A DNA stretch of 64,000 nucleotides from an uncultured Gammaproteobacteria bacterium (GTDB lineage Bacteria > Patescibacteriota > Microgenomatia > JAMCZE01), in NCBI GenBank assembly GCA_964576435.1, contig CAZNUP010000001.1:378259-442258 (forward strand). The letters run 5' to 3'. The notes under the pieces were generated by a model. The model had not been told where the DNA came from. It saw nothing but the letters and a program-made list of their open reading frames with translations, and ran no database searches. Below, in pieces: positions 1 through 9,225 of this stretch (position 1 is the first letter of the stretch; each line of letters begins with the position of its first letter). The translations under genes were made by a program, and so were the position numbers.

Positions 1-874
1 GAGCCACCAGCTTACAACCACCTGGCAGCACATTAGAAGATCTCCCTATCAAGCTTTGGCTGCCATCATGATTATGACTCTCACAATGTTTGTGGGTTTA
101 ACATTTTTCCTAATCTCCCTTGGATCAGATAGGCTGCTTTCTTATTTGGAACGACGTCCACAAGTTATTGCTTTTTTTAATGACACAGTAACTTCTAAAG
201 ATGACATTACAGTAGTCGTAGCCCAGTTAAATAAAACGGGCCGCGTCGCTAGTGTTAAATTCGTCTCCAAGGACGAAGCCTTAAATATTTATAGAGATAG
301 AAATAAAAGCGACCCGCTTTTGTTGGAACTGGTTAGTGCCAATACCTTGCCAGCTAGTTTAGAGGTTTCAGGAAAAACCGTTGCTGATTTGCCAGAACTT
401 TATAAAGTCATTAAAAAAGCTCCTAACGTTGAAGAAATTTCCTATCAAAAAGATGTCGTCAATAGTTTAATTCAGGTCTTAGATAAAATCAGAAAATTTG
501 GTGTAGTTCTTGTCAGCTTTTTGGTTTTAACTTCCCTTTTTACAATTCTGACTATCATTGGCATGAAGATCTCACTAAGAAAAGATGAGATTGAGATAGA
601 GCGTCTAGTTGGAGCTTCAAAATGGTATATCAGAATGCCATTTCTGTTAGAAGGTATATTTTATGGTTTCTTTGGTGGATTAATTTCTTGGGGCGTAATC
701 TATGTGCTTTTAACTTTAGCAACACCACAAATAACTCCGTATCTTGGAGGGCTAGCTTTACTCCCTGTATCTCCAATTTTTATGCTTGAAGTACTAGGTG
801 GAACTCTTCTAGTTGGGGGTTTGGTAGGTGTTATAGGAAGTTTCCTGGCAGTTTGGCGATATTTAAAAAATTAA
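1..874 (+). CDS. ftsX: Cell division permease FtsX (5'-partial; the frame is open to the window start, and the ORF track's TTG at 56 is internal)
   Basis: Four-TM FtsX topology with a large extracytoplasmic loop and the C-terminal 'MPFLLEGIFYGFFGG' region typical of FtsX. No stop codon in frame from nt 2. Followed directly by a PcsB/EnvC-like gene. Confidence 0.85.
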   Translation, partial: SHQLTTTWQHIRRSPYQALAAIMIMTLTMFVGLTFFLISLGSDRLLSYLERRPQVIAFFNDTVTSKDDITVVVAQLNKTGRVASVKFVSKDEALNIYRDRNKSDPLLLELVSANTLPASLEVSGKTVADLPELYKVIKKAPNVEEISYQKDVVNSLIQVLDKIRKFGVVLVSFLVLTSLFTILTIIGMKISLRKDEIEIERLVGASKWYIRMPFLLEGIFYGFFGGLISWGVIYVLLTLATPQITPYLGGLALLPVSPIFMLEVLGGTLLVGGLVGVIGSFLAVWRYLKN

Positions 875-877
875 GCA

Positions 878-2056
878 ATGTGGAAAAAATTATTAATAAT
901 TTTGCTGGCATTTTTCATCTTTGTCCCCCAAGTTCGGGCCGATGAAGTTGATGATTTAGAAAAACGAATTAGTGAACTTAAACAAAATTTAGCTAACACG
1001 CAGTCACAAGGGCGAACTTTGACTTCAGAAATTAGTCGCATAAATGATCAGATTTCAATAACTCAGCTCCAAGTAAAAAACACGGAAAGCAAACTAACAA
1101 GACTGGCTGATGACATAAATGAAGTCACGGAAAAAATAACTAAAATTCAAAGTGCTTTAAATGGGGTGTCTGAAGTTCTTGCAAACAGGATTTCAAAAAC
1201 ATACATCGCAAATAGAAGTGACCCGGTGATGTATCTTCTTTCTTCAGCCGACTTCAATGATTTTATTGAACGCATGGAGTATTTGCGTATCGTACAAAAG
1301 CACGACAAAGAGCTCCTCTATGAAATGAGTGCCACTCAAAAAAACTACAACGACCAAAAAGCACTTCTTGAAGAAAAAAAAATTGAAGTTGAAAAACTAT
1401 CAAGTGACTTAAAAAGTTACAAGACAAGTTTAGATTCTCAAAACCAGGAAAAGCAAAATCTCTTAACTGTCACTAAAAATGATGAACGCCGTTATCAAGC
1501 TCTCCTTGCCCAAGCACAAGCGCAGTTAGCTGCCTTTAGCGGTTTCGTCTCTAGTCAAGGCGGAGCCTCATTGTTATCTGGACAAACTAGCTGTAACGAC
1601 TGGGGTTGCTATTACAACCAACGCGACTCGTCTTGGGGAACGATGCGTATTGGTTTATCAAGTGATTCAATGGCAGAATTTGGTTGTTTAGTTACGTCTT
1701 CTGCCATGGTTCTTTCTCATTATGGTCATAGGGTAACTCCCGCCCAAGTAGCCCAAAACACTAATGCCTTTTTCTTAAATACTGCCCTCATGAATTTAGC
1801 TCCATGGAGTATTGATGGGGTGACCTTCACTAGAAGCGGTGCTGGAACTGGAGCTATTGATGGAGAACTTTCACAAGGGCGTCCAGTTATTGTTGGAGTC
1901 GGCGCTGGTCCATCACATTATGTTGTTATAAAAGCAAAAGATGGCGATCAATATATTATGAATGATCCGTTCGTTGAAAACGGTCACGACATTAAATTCA
2001 CTGATCACTACTCCTTGGGAAGTATCTCCGCGGTCAACATTGTAAGAGTAAATTAA
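878..2056 (+). CDS. FtsEX-associated peptidoglycan hydrolase: N-terminal signal/TM, long coiled-coil (EnvC/PcsB-like), C-terminal peptidase C39-like domain
   Basis: The N-terminal ~220 aa are heptad-rich (coiled coil). The C-terminus reads 'YYNQRDSSW...GCLVTSSAMVLSHYG...PVIVGV...HYVVI...DP', matching the Peptidase_C39_2 signature (CGPTSLAMVL-like catalytic Cys). Sits 3 nt after ftsX. Confidence 0.75.
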   Translation: MWKKLLIILLAFFIFVPQVRADEVDDLEKRISELKQNLANTQSQGRTLTSEISRINDQISITQLQVKNTESKLTRLADDINEVTEKITKIQSALNGVSEVLANRISKTYIANRSDPVMYLLSSADFNDFIERMEYLRIVQKHDKELLYEMSATQKNYNDQKALLEEKKIEVEKLSSDLKSYKTSLDSQNQEKQNLLTVTKNDERRYQALLAQAQAQLAAFSGFVSSQGGASLLSGQTSCNDWGCYYNQRDSSWGTMRIGLSSDSMAEFGCLVTSSAMVLSHYGHRVTPAQVAQNTNAFFLNTALMNLAPWSIDGVTFTRSGAGTGAIDGELSQGRPVIVGVGAGPSHYVVIKAKDGDQYIMNDPFVENGHDIKFTDHYSLGSISAVNIVRVN

Positions 2057-2075
2057 GAGTGCTATCTTTAATTAA

Positions 2076-3251
2076 ATGGCGGTTAAAGTTCTTCTGGCCG
2101 TCTTATTTTTGCTGATGGTTCCGGCAAAGGTCTTTGCCGCTTTCCAAATAGAAAATATTTCTCCAACTGAAGTTACATCATCTGACCAAGAACTAACGCT
2201 TTTTGTTTCTGCGTCAAATCTATCTAGTAGTACTCAGTATTTTCAGGTAGCTATTACAAAAGAGGGTAATTCAAACTACTTTGGCTATACTCAGAATAAT
2301 TCCGGAAATTGGAATAAATACGCTTCCTCCCCAGATTTAAGTTCTATTTTAAGCTTCACACCAGTTGGTGGAGTTTGGAATGGTGAAATAAAAGCAAGGC
2401 TTGATGCTGGGGACAGTGGTTTTTCCGGACCAGGAACTTATCAAGTAAAGCTCTTAAAATATATTACTGCTTCAGGAACCAGTTCCAACAACTTCCCAAT
2501 TAATGTCACGTTTCAAAACCAAGTTGAAAATTCACCAATTCCAACGCAAGCCCAAGAAGTGGTCAAAGAAGAAAAAACTAATCCTACGGTTCAATTTTCT
2601 ATTCCAGGAAATTTGAAAGTAGGGGAGGAATTTGAAATTTCCTATTTACTGCAAAATTTCGAGTCCGGCTCATATTTTGTCAAAGCCCGCATTGGTAAAG
2701 ATGCTTCTCATCTAACTCTTGGACAAACAAATAATGGTGAGTGGCTAACTGATACTGACTCTTGGTCAAAATTTCCAAAAACCGATTCGGGAGGAAAAAT
2801 AAAAGTCAGGCTCTCTCCGCAGGTAGAAAGTGGCGACTATAAAATCAGGTTAAGCTTTAAAAAAGGGGACGACTCACCAATTCAATCAACTGACCAAACA
2901 GCGAATTTTAAGGAAAATCCAAATCCACAATCCGCTTCAGTGAAAGCTACACCTACAAAAGCTTCAACGGGAATAGTTTTAGCTGCCGCAAAAGTTAGGG
3001 ATTCTAAAGAATCGACAATCGAAGCTGAAATAGCTAAGCATTATGAAAACATAGACTTGTTGGGAACAAAATCAGCAAAGCCCGAATCAAGAAGAAGCAA
3101 AGTAAAAAAAGCGCTTAACCTTCTTTTGTCAAAAAAGACCGCAAATGATTTTCCAATTGGAATGTTGGTAGTTCTTTTGGGGATTGGATTACTTTGCACA
3201 AGTGGTGCCTATATTGTTTGGAGAAAATTTTTTATGTCCCAAGACGAGTAA
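2076..3251 (+). CDS. Secreted hypothetical protein with N-terminal signal peptide and a C-terminal 'LLLSKKTAN'-TM-basic tail
   Basis: Signal peptide 'LLAVLFLLMVPAKVFA'. No recognisable domain. The C-terminus reads 'LNLLLSKKTANDFPIGMLVVLLGIGLLCTSGAYIVWRKFF', which resembles a sorting signal. Confidence 0.55.
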   Translation: MAVKVLLAVLFLLMVPAKVFAAFQIENISPTEVTSSDQELTLFVSASNLSSSTQYFQVAITKEGNSNYFGYTQNNSGNWNKYASSPDLSSILSFTPVGGVWNGEIKARLDAGDSGFSGPGTYQVKLLKYITASGTSSNNFPINVTFQNQVENSPIPTQAQEVVKEEKTNPTVQFSIPGNLKVGEEFEISYLLQNFESGSYFVKARIGKDASHLTLGQTNNGEWLTDTDSWSKFPKTDSGGKIKVRLSPQVESGDYKIRLSFKKGDDSPIQSTDQTANFKENPNPQSASVKATPTKASTGIVLAAAKVRDSKESTIEAEIAKHYENIDLLGTKSAKPESRRSKVKKALNLLLSKKTANDFPIGMLVVLLGIGLLCTSGAYIVWRKFFMSQDE

Positions 3252-3529
3252 GCCAGATTCTGTTTTAGCAACAATCTATCTATGCCCAACAACTTCGGTC
3301 GTGAAGAAAGCTATTCATGGACCATTCGGTTGGTTGCAGCGGGGGGAATTATCGCGTTTCACCCTTAATTTAGCTTTAGGCTAAAAAAAGACTCGTCTCT
3401 GTGACTTTACCATTGCCGATAATTTCTTACCGTGCACCCCTGGTATTAACCAAGGCACCCTGCTTTCTGCTGTCTGGACTTTCCTGTACTAGCCGAGGCC
3501 AATACTAGTTGCTCTGTCTTGGGACCTCC
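3236..3529 (-). ncRNA. rnpB: RNase P RNA (bacterial type-A-like, reduced, ~295 nt)
   Basis: Read on the minus strand. It contains 'CAGGAAAGUCCAGAC' (P4 5' strand, compare AGGAAAGUCCGGGCUCC), 'GCAGGGUGCCUUGGUUAAUACCAGGGGUGCACGGUAAGA' (compare GGGCAGGGUGCCAGGUAACGCCUGGGGGG...GGGUGCGGUAAGAGCGCACC), 'UUAAGGGUGAAACGCG', and the 3' element 'ACAGAAUCUGGCUUAC' (compare ACAGAACCCGGCUUAUCGG). P1 pairs CCCAAGACAGAG (5') with CUCGUCUUGGG (3'). A TATAAT box lies immediately upstream on the minus strand (3532-3537). Confidence 0.8.
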
Positions 3530-3565
3530 CAATTATACTAAAATATATTACAATACGGAAATTGT

Positions 3566-5602
3566 ATGAAATTAGATCGCGCCCATATAGTCCAAGTCAT
3601 ATCCCTGCTCTTAATTCAGTCAGTTGTACTTTTGTTATTGTCCTTCACAACTCCAGGAGTAAAGATTGATTCCATTTGGTCTGCGATAGGAATGGCCATA
3701 ATAATCTCTGTTATAGAAAGTATTGTTTGGTGGATTTTTATTGAGTTCTTTGCCCACCTCCCAATCATTCTTTATCCACTTCTAACTTTTCTTTTAACAG
3801 GCGCTGGAGTTTTGCTGGCTGGAAATTATGTTCCAGGGGTCACAATTACTGGAATTGTCCCAGCAATTTGGATTCCAATTGTAATAACAGTGGTAAACGC
3901 TATTCTTGGTGGTCTTTTTTCTCTCGATGAGGATGAATCTTTTGATAGAAACGTTACTAGAAAAATGGTTGAAAAGTATGGACATCCTAAAAAAACAGAT
4001 ATCCCAGGTCTTCTATTTTTAGAAATTGACGGTCTAAGTATTGATACTTTAAAAATCGCCCTAGAAAGAGGAGAAATGCCAACGCTAAAAGCTTGGCTAG
4101 ATTCAGGTAGCCACAAACTTGTTTCTTGGGAAACTGATTTCACTTCTCAAACTGGAGCAATGCAAACCGGAATTCTTATGGGAAATAATGTGGACATTCC
4201 CGCTTACAGGTGGTGGGATAGAGCAACTGGGAAAATGATTATGTCAGGTAATCCCAAAGATGCTAAAAATATTGAGGCCAGGCTTTCAAGTGGTAAAGGT
4301 TTACTTTCAAATGGTGGTGCTTCAAGAGGAAACATGTTTAGTGGTGATGCGACAGAGTCACTCTTTACAATGAGTGCCATGTTGAATAAAGGGCGGGGGA
4401 GAGGACCAGGGTTCTATTTCTATCTTGTTAATCCATTTGTCGTAGCAAGACTCATAACTAGATTTATTATCGAAATAATCAAAGAGTGGTATGAAGCCTG
4501 GGATCAAAGAAGAAGATATAAAAATGGGTCCAGAGAAGATAAATATATAGTTAAATCTAGAAATTTAGGCTACGCATTTCTTCGCGCCTTTATGGGACCA
4601 TTCCTCCAAGACTTAACGACCTATGCAGTAATTAGTGATGTTATGCGTGGTGTTCCAGCAATTTATGCTTTATATGCTGGCTACGATGATCTTGGACATT
4701 TTGCAGGAATGCGATCAAGAGAAGGGTATGAGGCACTTCATGAAGCAGATAGATATTTCAATAGAATTCAAAAGGCTCTAAAGTATGCGCCAAGACCATA
4801 CAATGTTGTGGTTTTATCAGACCATGGACAAAGTGAAGGCCCAACATTCCAAAGTGCATATGGTGAGAGTCTTGATTCACTAGTCAAAAAACTTGTTGGT
4901 GGGGAAGTCCTTGCTTCCATGGACACAAACGAGGCATGGGACAACTTAAATGCTGTTTTGACTGAATCAACTCATGGTGATACTAAATCAGCTAAAGTTG
5001 TAAGGAAAGCTCTATCCAAAAAAACCAAAGACGGTATAGTCCAAGTTGGTCCAGATAGAGACGATAAAGAAAAGACCTTGGATGACAAGAAAGCAGAAGA
5101 AGCAAATATTGTTATTTTTGGATCAGGCAGTACTGGATTAATCTATTTCAAAAATGCCAAGAAGCGAATGACTTATGAAGAAATTCAAAAGGCATATCCA
5201 AGTTTGATTCGAGGTTTGATTTCTCATGAAGGCATTGGCTTTTTAATTGTTAAATCCAAAACCAAAAAAACAATGGCAATTGGTAAAAACGGCGTTAATT
5301 TTGTTGATCTCGGTAAAGTTCAAGGTACTGACCCATTAAAAGTTTATGGAAAAAATGCGGCCGCCCATGTAAAGAGAGAAAGCGGATTTGACAATTGCCC
5401 AGACATTGTCGTTTGTTCAAAGTTTGATCCAAAGACAGAAGAACTTGCAGGGTTTGAAAATCAAGTCAGCCACCATGGTGGTCTAGGCGGCCCGCAAAAC
5501 AGACCATTTGTCCTTTATCCGTCATCATTAAAATATGATGGTAAACCAATTCTTTGGGCAACTGGTGTTTACAAACTTCTATACAGTTGGAGAAAAAATT
5601 GA
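3566..5602 (+). CDS. Membrane protein: N-terminal 4-TM holin-4-like region fused to alkaline-phosphatase-superfamily (type I phosphodiesterase/nucleotide pyrophosphatase-like) domain
   Basis: The first ~120 aa form about four TM helices. The remainder carries 'LLFLEIDGLSIDTL...MPTLKAW...SWETDFTSQTGAMQTGILMG', an alkaline-phosphatase/PF01663-type motif (inference). Confidence 0.65.
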   Translation: MKLDRAHIVQVISLLLIQSVVLLLLSFTTPGVKIDSIWSAIGMAIIISVIESIVWWIFIEFFAHLPIILYPLLTFLLTGAGVLLAGNYVPGVTITGIVPAIWIPIVITVVNAILGGLFSLDEDESFDRNVTRKMVEKYGHPKKTDIPGLLFLEIDGLSIDTLKIALERGEMPTLKAWLDSGSHKLVSWETDFTSQTGAMQTGILMGNNVDIPAYRWWDRATGKMIMSGNPKDAKNIEARLSSGKGLLSNGGASRGNMFSGDATESLFTMSAMLNKGRGRGPGFYFYLVNPFVVARLITRFIIEIIKEWYEAWDQRRRYKNGSREDKYIVKSRNLGYAFLRAFMGPFLQDLTTYAVISDVMRGVPAIYALYAGYDDLGHFAGMRSREGYEALHEADRYFNRIQKALKYAPRPYNVVVLSDHGQSEGPTFQSAYGESLDSLVKKLVGGEVLASMDTNEAWDNLNAVLTESTHGDTKSAKVVRKALSKKTKDGIVQVGPDRDDKEKTLDDKKAEEANIVIFGSGSTGLIYFKNAKKRMTYEEIQKAYPSLIRGLISHEGIGFLIVKSKTKKTMAIGKNGVNFVDLGKVQGTDPLKVYGKNAAAHVKRESGFDNCPDIVVCSKFDPKTEELAGFENQVSHHGGLGGPQNRPFVLYPSSLKYDGKPILWATGVYKLLYSWRKN

Positions 5603-5838
5603 TCTAGAAAATATATATTCCAAATTTCTTCTTGTAGCTTTATAAAGACCTCATGTGGAAAGATATTCGTTTTATTGTTTTCCTTTTTGTGTTGTGTCTT
5701 GCATTAGCAATTTATGACAGGTGGTCAGGAGCATTTTTCCTGCCTCCTTGGCAACCGCCGCAAGTCTTGGGTGAATCGACTCAAAGTTCCCCTTGAATTT
5801 TTTAGTGTTCCAAATTAAACTCGTCTCACATTAAAAAT

Positions 5839-6510
5839 ATGGCAACTAAGAAAAAAACTAAATCGTCAAAAGCCGCTCCAGTAGCAGCTACTCCAAAAGT
5901 AGAATCTCAGGTTGAACAAAAAGCAGCTCCAGAAAAAAAACGCCGCATGGGTCTAATTTTATTTGTCGCTGCAGTCGTAATTATTTTAGGGTTTATCATA
6001 ATTAAAAATCGAAGTCTGTTTGTTGTGGCTACTGTAGATGGAATGCCAATTTGGAGGCCTGCATTTGAAAGTAGAATAGTTTCAGTAAATGGACAAAAAA
6101 TTCTAGACCAAATGGTCAACGAACAAATTATTTTAAATGCAGCAGCTAAAAAGGGTGTGACTGTAACTCCGCAAGAAATTGACATCCAAATAACTGAAAT
6201 TCAAAAAACTTTGCCACAGGGAACAACCCTTGAGCAAGCTCTTAGTGGCCAGGGAATTACTCTGGATGACTTGAAAAGACGACTCCTAATTCAAATGCTA
6301 GTGGAAAAAATGATGACGTCTGAAATTAAAATTTCCGATTCTGAAATTGATGAATACTTAACTCAAAATAAAGATTTCTTGACTGCAACAGATGAAGCAG
6401 GTCTAAGAAACGAAGCTAAACAAGCAATTTTAAATCAGAAGAAAAATACTGAATTCCAAACTATTTTTACAAATCTGCAAAAAAGCGCCAAGGTCAATAG
6501 ATATCTTTAA
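5839..6510 (+). CDS. SurA N-terminal-domain-like periplasmic chaperone, membrane-anchored
   Basis: Lys-rich N-terminus, one TM, then 'VATVDG.PI....F..R......GQ..LDQMVNEQIIL..A.K.G..VT..EID', which resembles the SurA_N/PpiD N-terminal chaperone domain. No PPIase domain. Confidence 0.5.
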   Translation: MATKKKTKSSKAAPVAATPKVESQVEQKAAPEKKRRMGLILFVAAVVIILGFIIIKNRSLFVVATVDGMPIWRPAFESRIVSVNGQKILDQMVNEQIILNAAAKKGVTVTPQEIDIQITEIQKTLPQGTTLEQALSGQGITLDDLKRRLLIQMLVEKMMTSEIKISDSEIDEYLTQNKDFLTATDEAGLRNEAKQAILNQKKNTEFQTIFTNLQKSAKVNRYL

Positions 6511-7715
6511 TGGACGAAAATCAGCCTGCCCCAAATCCCGAACTTCAAGCCTCCCTTAGTGAATTAAATTCAAAAAAGACTAGCAAAAAGATAATTATTC
6601 TTCTTGGAGTAATTTTAATTGCCTTTTTATTAATTGCAGGATTTATTGCCTATCAATTTTCTAAAGAAAAAATTCCAAACAAATCCGTGACTGTGGTTAA
6701 AACACAAGTAAAGATAGAAAAACCAGCAACAGCTAGTTCTGACATAAAAAAGATTGCATACGTTAAATCTAATTCTCTTTGGTTAATAAATTCTGATGGT
6801 ACCGACAAAAAAGAATTAGTTGCCTCATCAAGTTCTCTTGTGTCGGGCCTCACTTGGAAAAATAAAAATGACATTTCCTATATAAGATGTACGTTGACCT
6901 GTCAGGTTGTAACAAAAAATATTTCTACTGGTTCTGAAACTGTTGAACTTGAAAAGCCACAAATCTTAGCTTTTGCGTGGAACAGTTCAAATAATAATTT
7001 GGCTTTTATATATAAACCCACAATGCAGGAAATGAAATTAGATATGGAGTCAAATGGTGAAATAAAAACAATCAAAAATTTTTCTTTACCAAGTATTGGG
7101 ACTGGTGGCAGGGGAGGTAGTCTTGATGATGATATTTCATTAAGTTTTTCGCCAGACAACAATTATTTATTAGTTACAAATACACTAACTCAACCAAATC
7201 CAAATGACAAAAATACTATTTGGGTTCTCAATAATTCAGGAAAAGAAGAAGTCTCTCTGGAAGCCAGTGGAAGTGCTTGGCCCACTCAAGCTAGTTGGAC
7301 AGGAAACAATGTTTTTATTTTCAAAGCGGGGAACAACTTTGGTAGGCAAACATTAGGTGAAGGCAGTGAAACATTATTTTCATCAATTAATTCATACGGT
7401 CCTGTGAAACCAAACCAAGAGCCTAACATATATTATTGGGTGAACAATCCCAAAGGGTTACCTAAAGTAGTCTCTTATGAAATGGATTCAAAGGTTGGTC
7501 CGACTACAGAAGGTTTTTATAAGCCTCAATTACTAAATCCAACCTCAATGTCTCATATAAGTGCCAACAATCTTGTTGTACTAAAGGCAAAAGAGGTGGG
7601 GGAGGAAGAAACAATTCTTCCTTTTGCTCCGGACGGAATTTCAGTAATTGGTGATGGTGGCAATATAATTGATCTTGATAATGGAGAAATTGAAGAATTT
7701 GCTATCGAACCCTAA
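6510..7715 (+). CDS. Membrane-anchored beta-propeller (TolB/PD40-like) hypothetical protein
   Basis: N-terminal TM, then repeated 'LWLINSDGTDKKELV'-type segments typical of PD40/WD40-like propellers. Start overlaps the upstream stop (TAATG). Confidence 0.5.
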   Translation: MDENQPAPNPELQASLSELNSKKTSKKIIILLGVILIAFLLIAGFIAYQFSKEKIPNKSVTVVKTQVKIEKPATASSDIKKIAYVKSNSLWLINSDGTDKKELVASSSSLVSGLTWKNKNDISYIRCTLTCQVVTKNISTGSETVELEKPQILAFAWNSSNNNLAFIYKPTMQEMKLDMESNGEIKTIKNFSLPSIGTGGRGGSLDDDISLSFSPDNNYLLVTNTLTQPNPNDKNTIWVLNNSGKEEVSLEASGSAWPTQASWTGNNVFIFKAGNNFGRQTLGEGSETLFSSINSYGPVKPNQEPNIYYWVNNPKGLPKVVSYEMDSKVGPTTEGFYKPQLLNPTSMSHISANNLVVLKAKEVGEEETILPFAPDGISVIGDGGNIIDLDNGEIEEFAIEP

Positions 7716-7944
7716 GAAAATACCAAAGAATAAATTCCGCTCCAAAAGCTAAGACTGTAAATATCCCTATTCTCTTCAAATCCGAAACAACATAATCATA
7801 GTCAGATGATCTAATTTCAACTGCCTTTGGTGTTGTTGATTGGCTTTGTGCTAAGTTTAAAGAATACTGAACTTTTTCCTGTTGTCTAAGGTTTGTGGCG
7901 ATTTTTTCTGCTTTAGTTTTTCTAGCCATATCGGTTTTTAACAT
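7702..7944 (-). CDS. Small tail-anchored hypothetical protein (Lys-rich N-terminus, C-terminal TM)
   Basis: Uninterrupted ORF in an otherwise gene-free 280-nt gap. C-terminal TM 'IGIFTVLAFGAEFILWYFL'. No homology recognised. Confidence 0.3.
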   Translation of the reverse strand: MLKTDMARKTKAEKIATNLRQQEKVQYSLNLAQSQSTTPKAVEIRSSDYDYVVSDLKRIGIFTVLAFGAEFILWYFLRVR

Positions 7945-7997
7945 ATTGACTACTTTGTGTAAAGCCTGATACCATATGTGGATACAAAAAATATTCA

Positions 7998-9215
7998 ATG
8001 AAAAAGGGTAAATCGTCTTTAATTATCATCATAGTAGTAGCTTATCTGGTCTCCGCAGGTCTTTCCTATTTTGCTTTTTCCTATTTCCATCCAGGCGCTA
8101 CAGAAATGGCAATTGTAACTGAACAAACCACAACAACCCCAGGTCAATTCGCAGCCTTACAGAAAAAATATGCAGCTTTGCCAAAAACAGAAGAGTGTCC
8201 ACTTAATGGCCGAATGCAAAGTAAACCAGAACGAGAAGTTTGGGAAAAAAGACGTCCTTTGGGTATTATGGTGGAAAATTCAACTGCAGCGAGGCCACAA
8301 TCAGGTTTATCATTTGCTGACGTCGTTTATGAAGCAGTTGCCGAAGGTGGAATTACTAGATTTTTAACCGTTTTCTATTGTAAAGATGCTGAAATTGTTG
8401 GCCCAGTTCGTTCCGCAAGGACATATTACCTAGATTGGATTTCGGAATACGGTGATAATCCACTTTATGCTCACGTTGGTGGCGCAAATTCAGATGGGCC
8501 TGCCGATGCTCTGGGTCAAATTCAAAAATATGGTTGGCAGCAATACAACGATCTTGATGGTATTAGTCTTGGATTACCAGTCTTTAGAAGAGATTATGAA
8601 CGCCTAGGCGACGTAGCTACAGAGCACACCATGTACACAGTTCCAGTAACTGATTGGAATTTTGCTGCCAAACAAAGAGGGCTGACAAACACTCAAACAA
8701 ACGAACGAACTGGCGCTACAACATCGTGGGATGAAAATTTCGTGCCTTGGAAATTTAAAGACGATGCTTCTCTTGGTCAAAGACCATCCAACCTTTCCGC
8801 TAATTTCAATTTCAGCCAGACAGAGGCTTCATACCTTGATGACTACTCAGTAGGTTGGAAATATGACAAAGACAGTAACTCTTTCCTAAGAACAAATGGT
8901 GGAAAACCTTTTAAAGACTTAAATACCAATCAACAAATTTCTGCCAAAAACGTCGTCATTCAATTTATGCCCATGTCCATAGCTCAAGATGGATATAACG
9001 AAGAAGGTCACGGTGCGCACACCCTTTATCAAAATAAGGGCACAGGTAAGGCCATAATCTTAATTGACGGTAAACAAATTGTAGGAACTTGGCAAAAACC
9101 TACTAGAACAGATAGAACCATTTTCTATGATGCAGATGGTAATGAAATCAAATTTAATCGTGGTCTCATTTGGATTGAAACATTACCAACTGGACAGGCG
9201 GTTAAAATAAGCTAA
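7998..9215 (+). CDS. DUF3048 (YerB-like) secreted/lipoprotein-like protein
   Basis: N-terminal TM/signal peptide. Core reads 'RP.GIMVENS..ARPQSGLS.ADVVYEA.AEGGITRFL.VFY', matching the DUF3048 N- and C-terminal domain pattern. Confidence 0.7.
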   Translation: MKKGKSSLIIIIVVAYLVSAGLSYFAFSYFHPGATEMAIVTEQTTTTPGQFAALQKKYAALPKTEECPLNGRMQSKPEREVWEKRRPLGIMVENSTAARPQSGLSFADVVYEAVAEGGITRFLTVFYCKDAEIVGPVRSARTYYLDWISEYGDNPLYAHVGGANSDGPADALGQIQKYGWQQYNDLDGISLGLPVFRRDYERLGDVATEHTMYTVPVTDWNFAAKQRGLTNTQTNERTGATTSWDENFVPWKFKDDASLGQRPSNLSANFNFSQTEASYLDDYSVGWKYDKDSNSFLRTNGGKPFKDLNTNQQISAKNVVIQFMPMSIAQDGYNEEGHGAHTLYQNKGTGKAIILIDGKQIVGTWQKPTRTDRTIFYDADGNEIKFNRGLIWIETLPTGQAVKIS

Positions 9216-9225
9216 AATAGGCGAA

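Noticed and set aside
3184-3384. 66-aa ORF on + strand
   Set aside because: It lies entirely within the minus-strand RNase P RNA, and no protein motif is present. It is a spurious ORF.
3794-4143. Antisense ORFs within the holin-phosphatase gene
   Set aside because: No features, and opposite to a well-supported CDS.
5603-5838. Possible SRP (4.5S) RNA or tRNA in the intergenic region
   Set aside because: The GGUCAGG and GCCAAGG-like fragments are in the wrong order and orientation for the SRP domain IV motif. No tRNA T-loop (GTTCGAATC-type) or acceptor pairing could be found.
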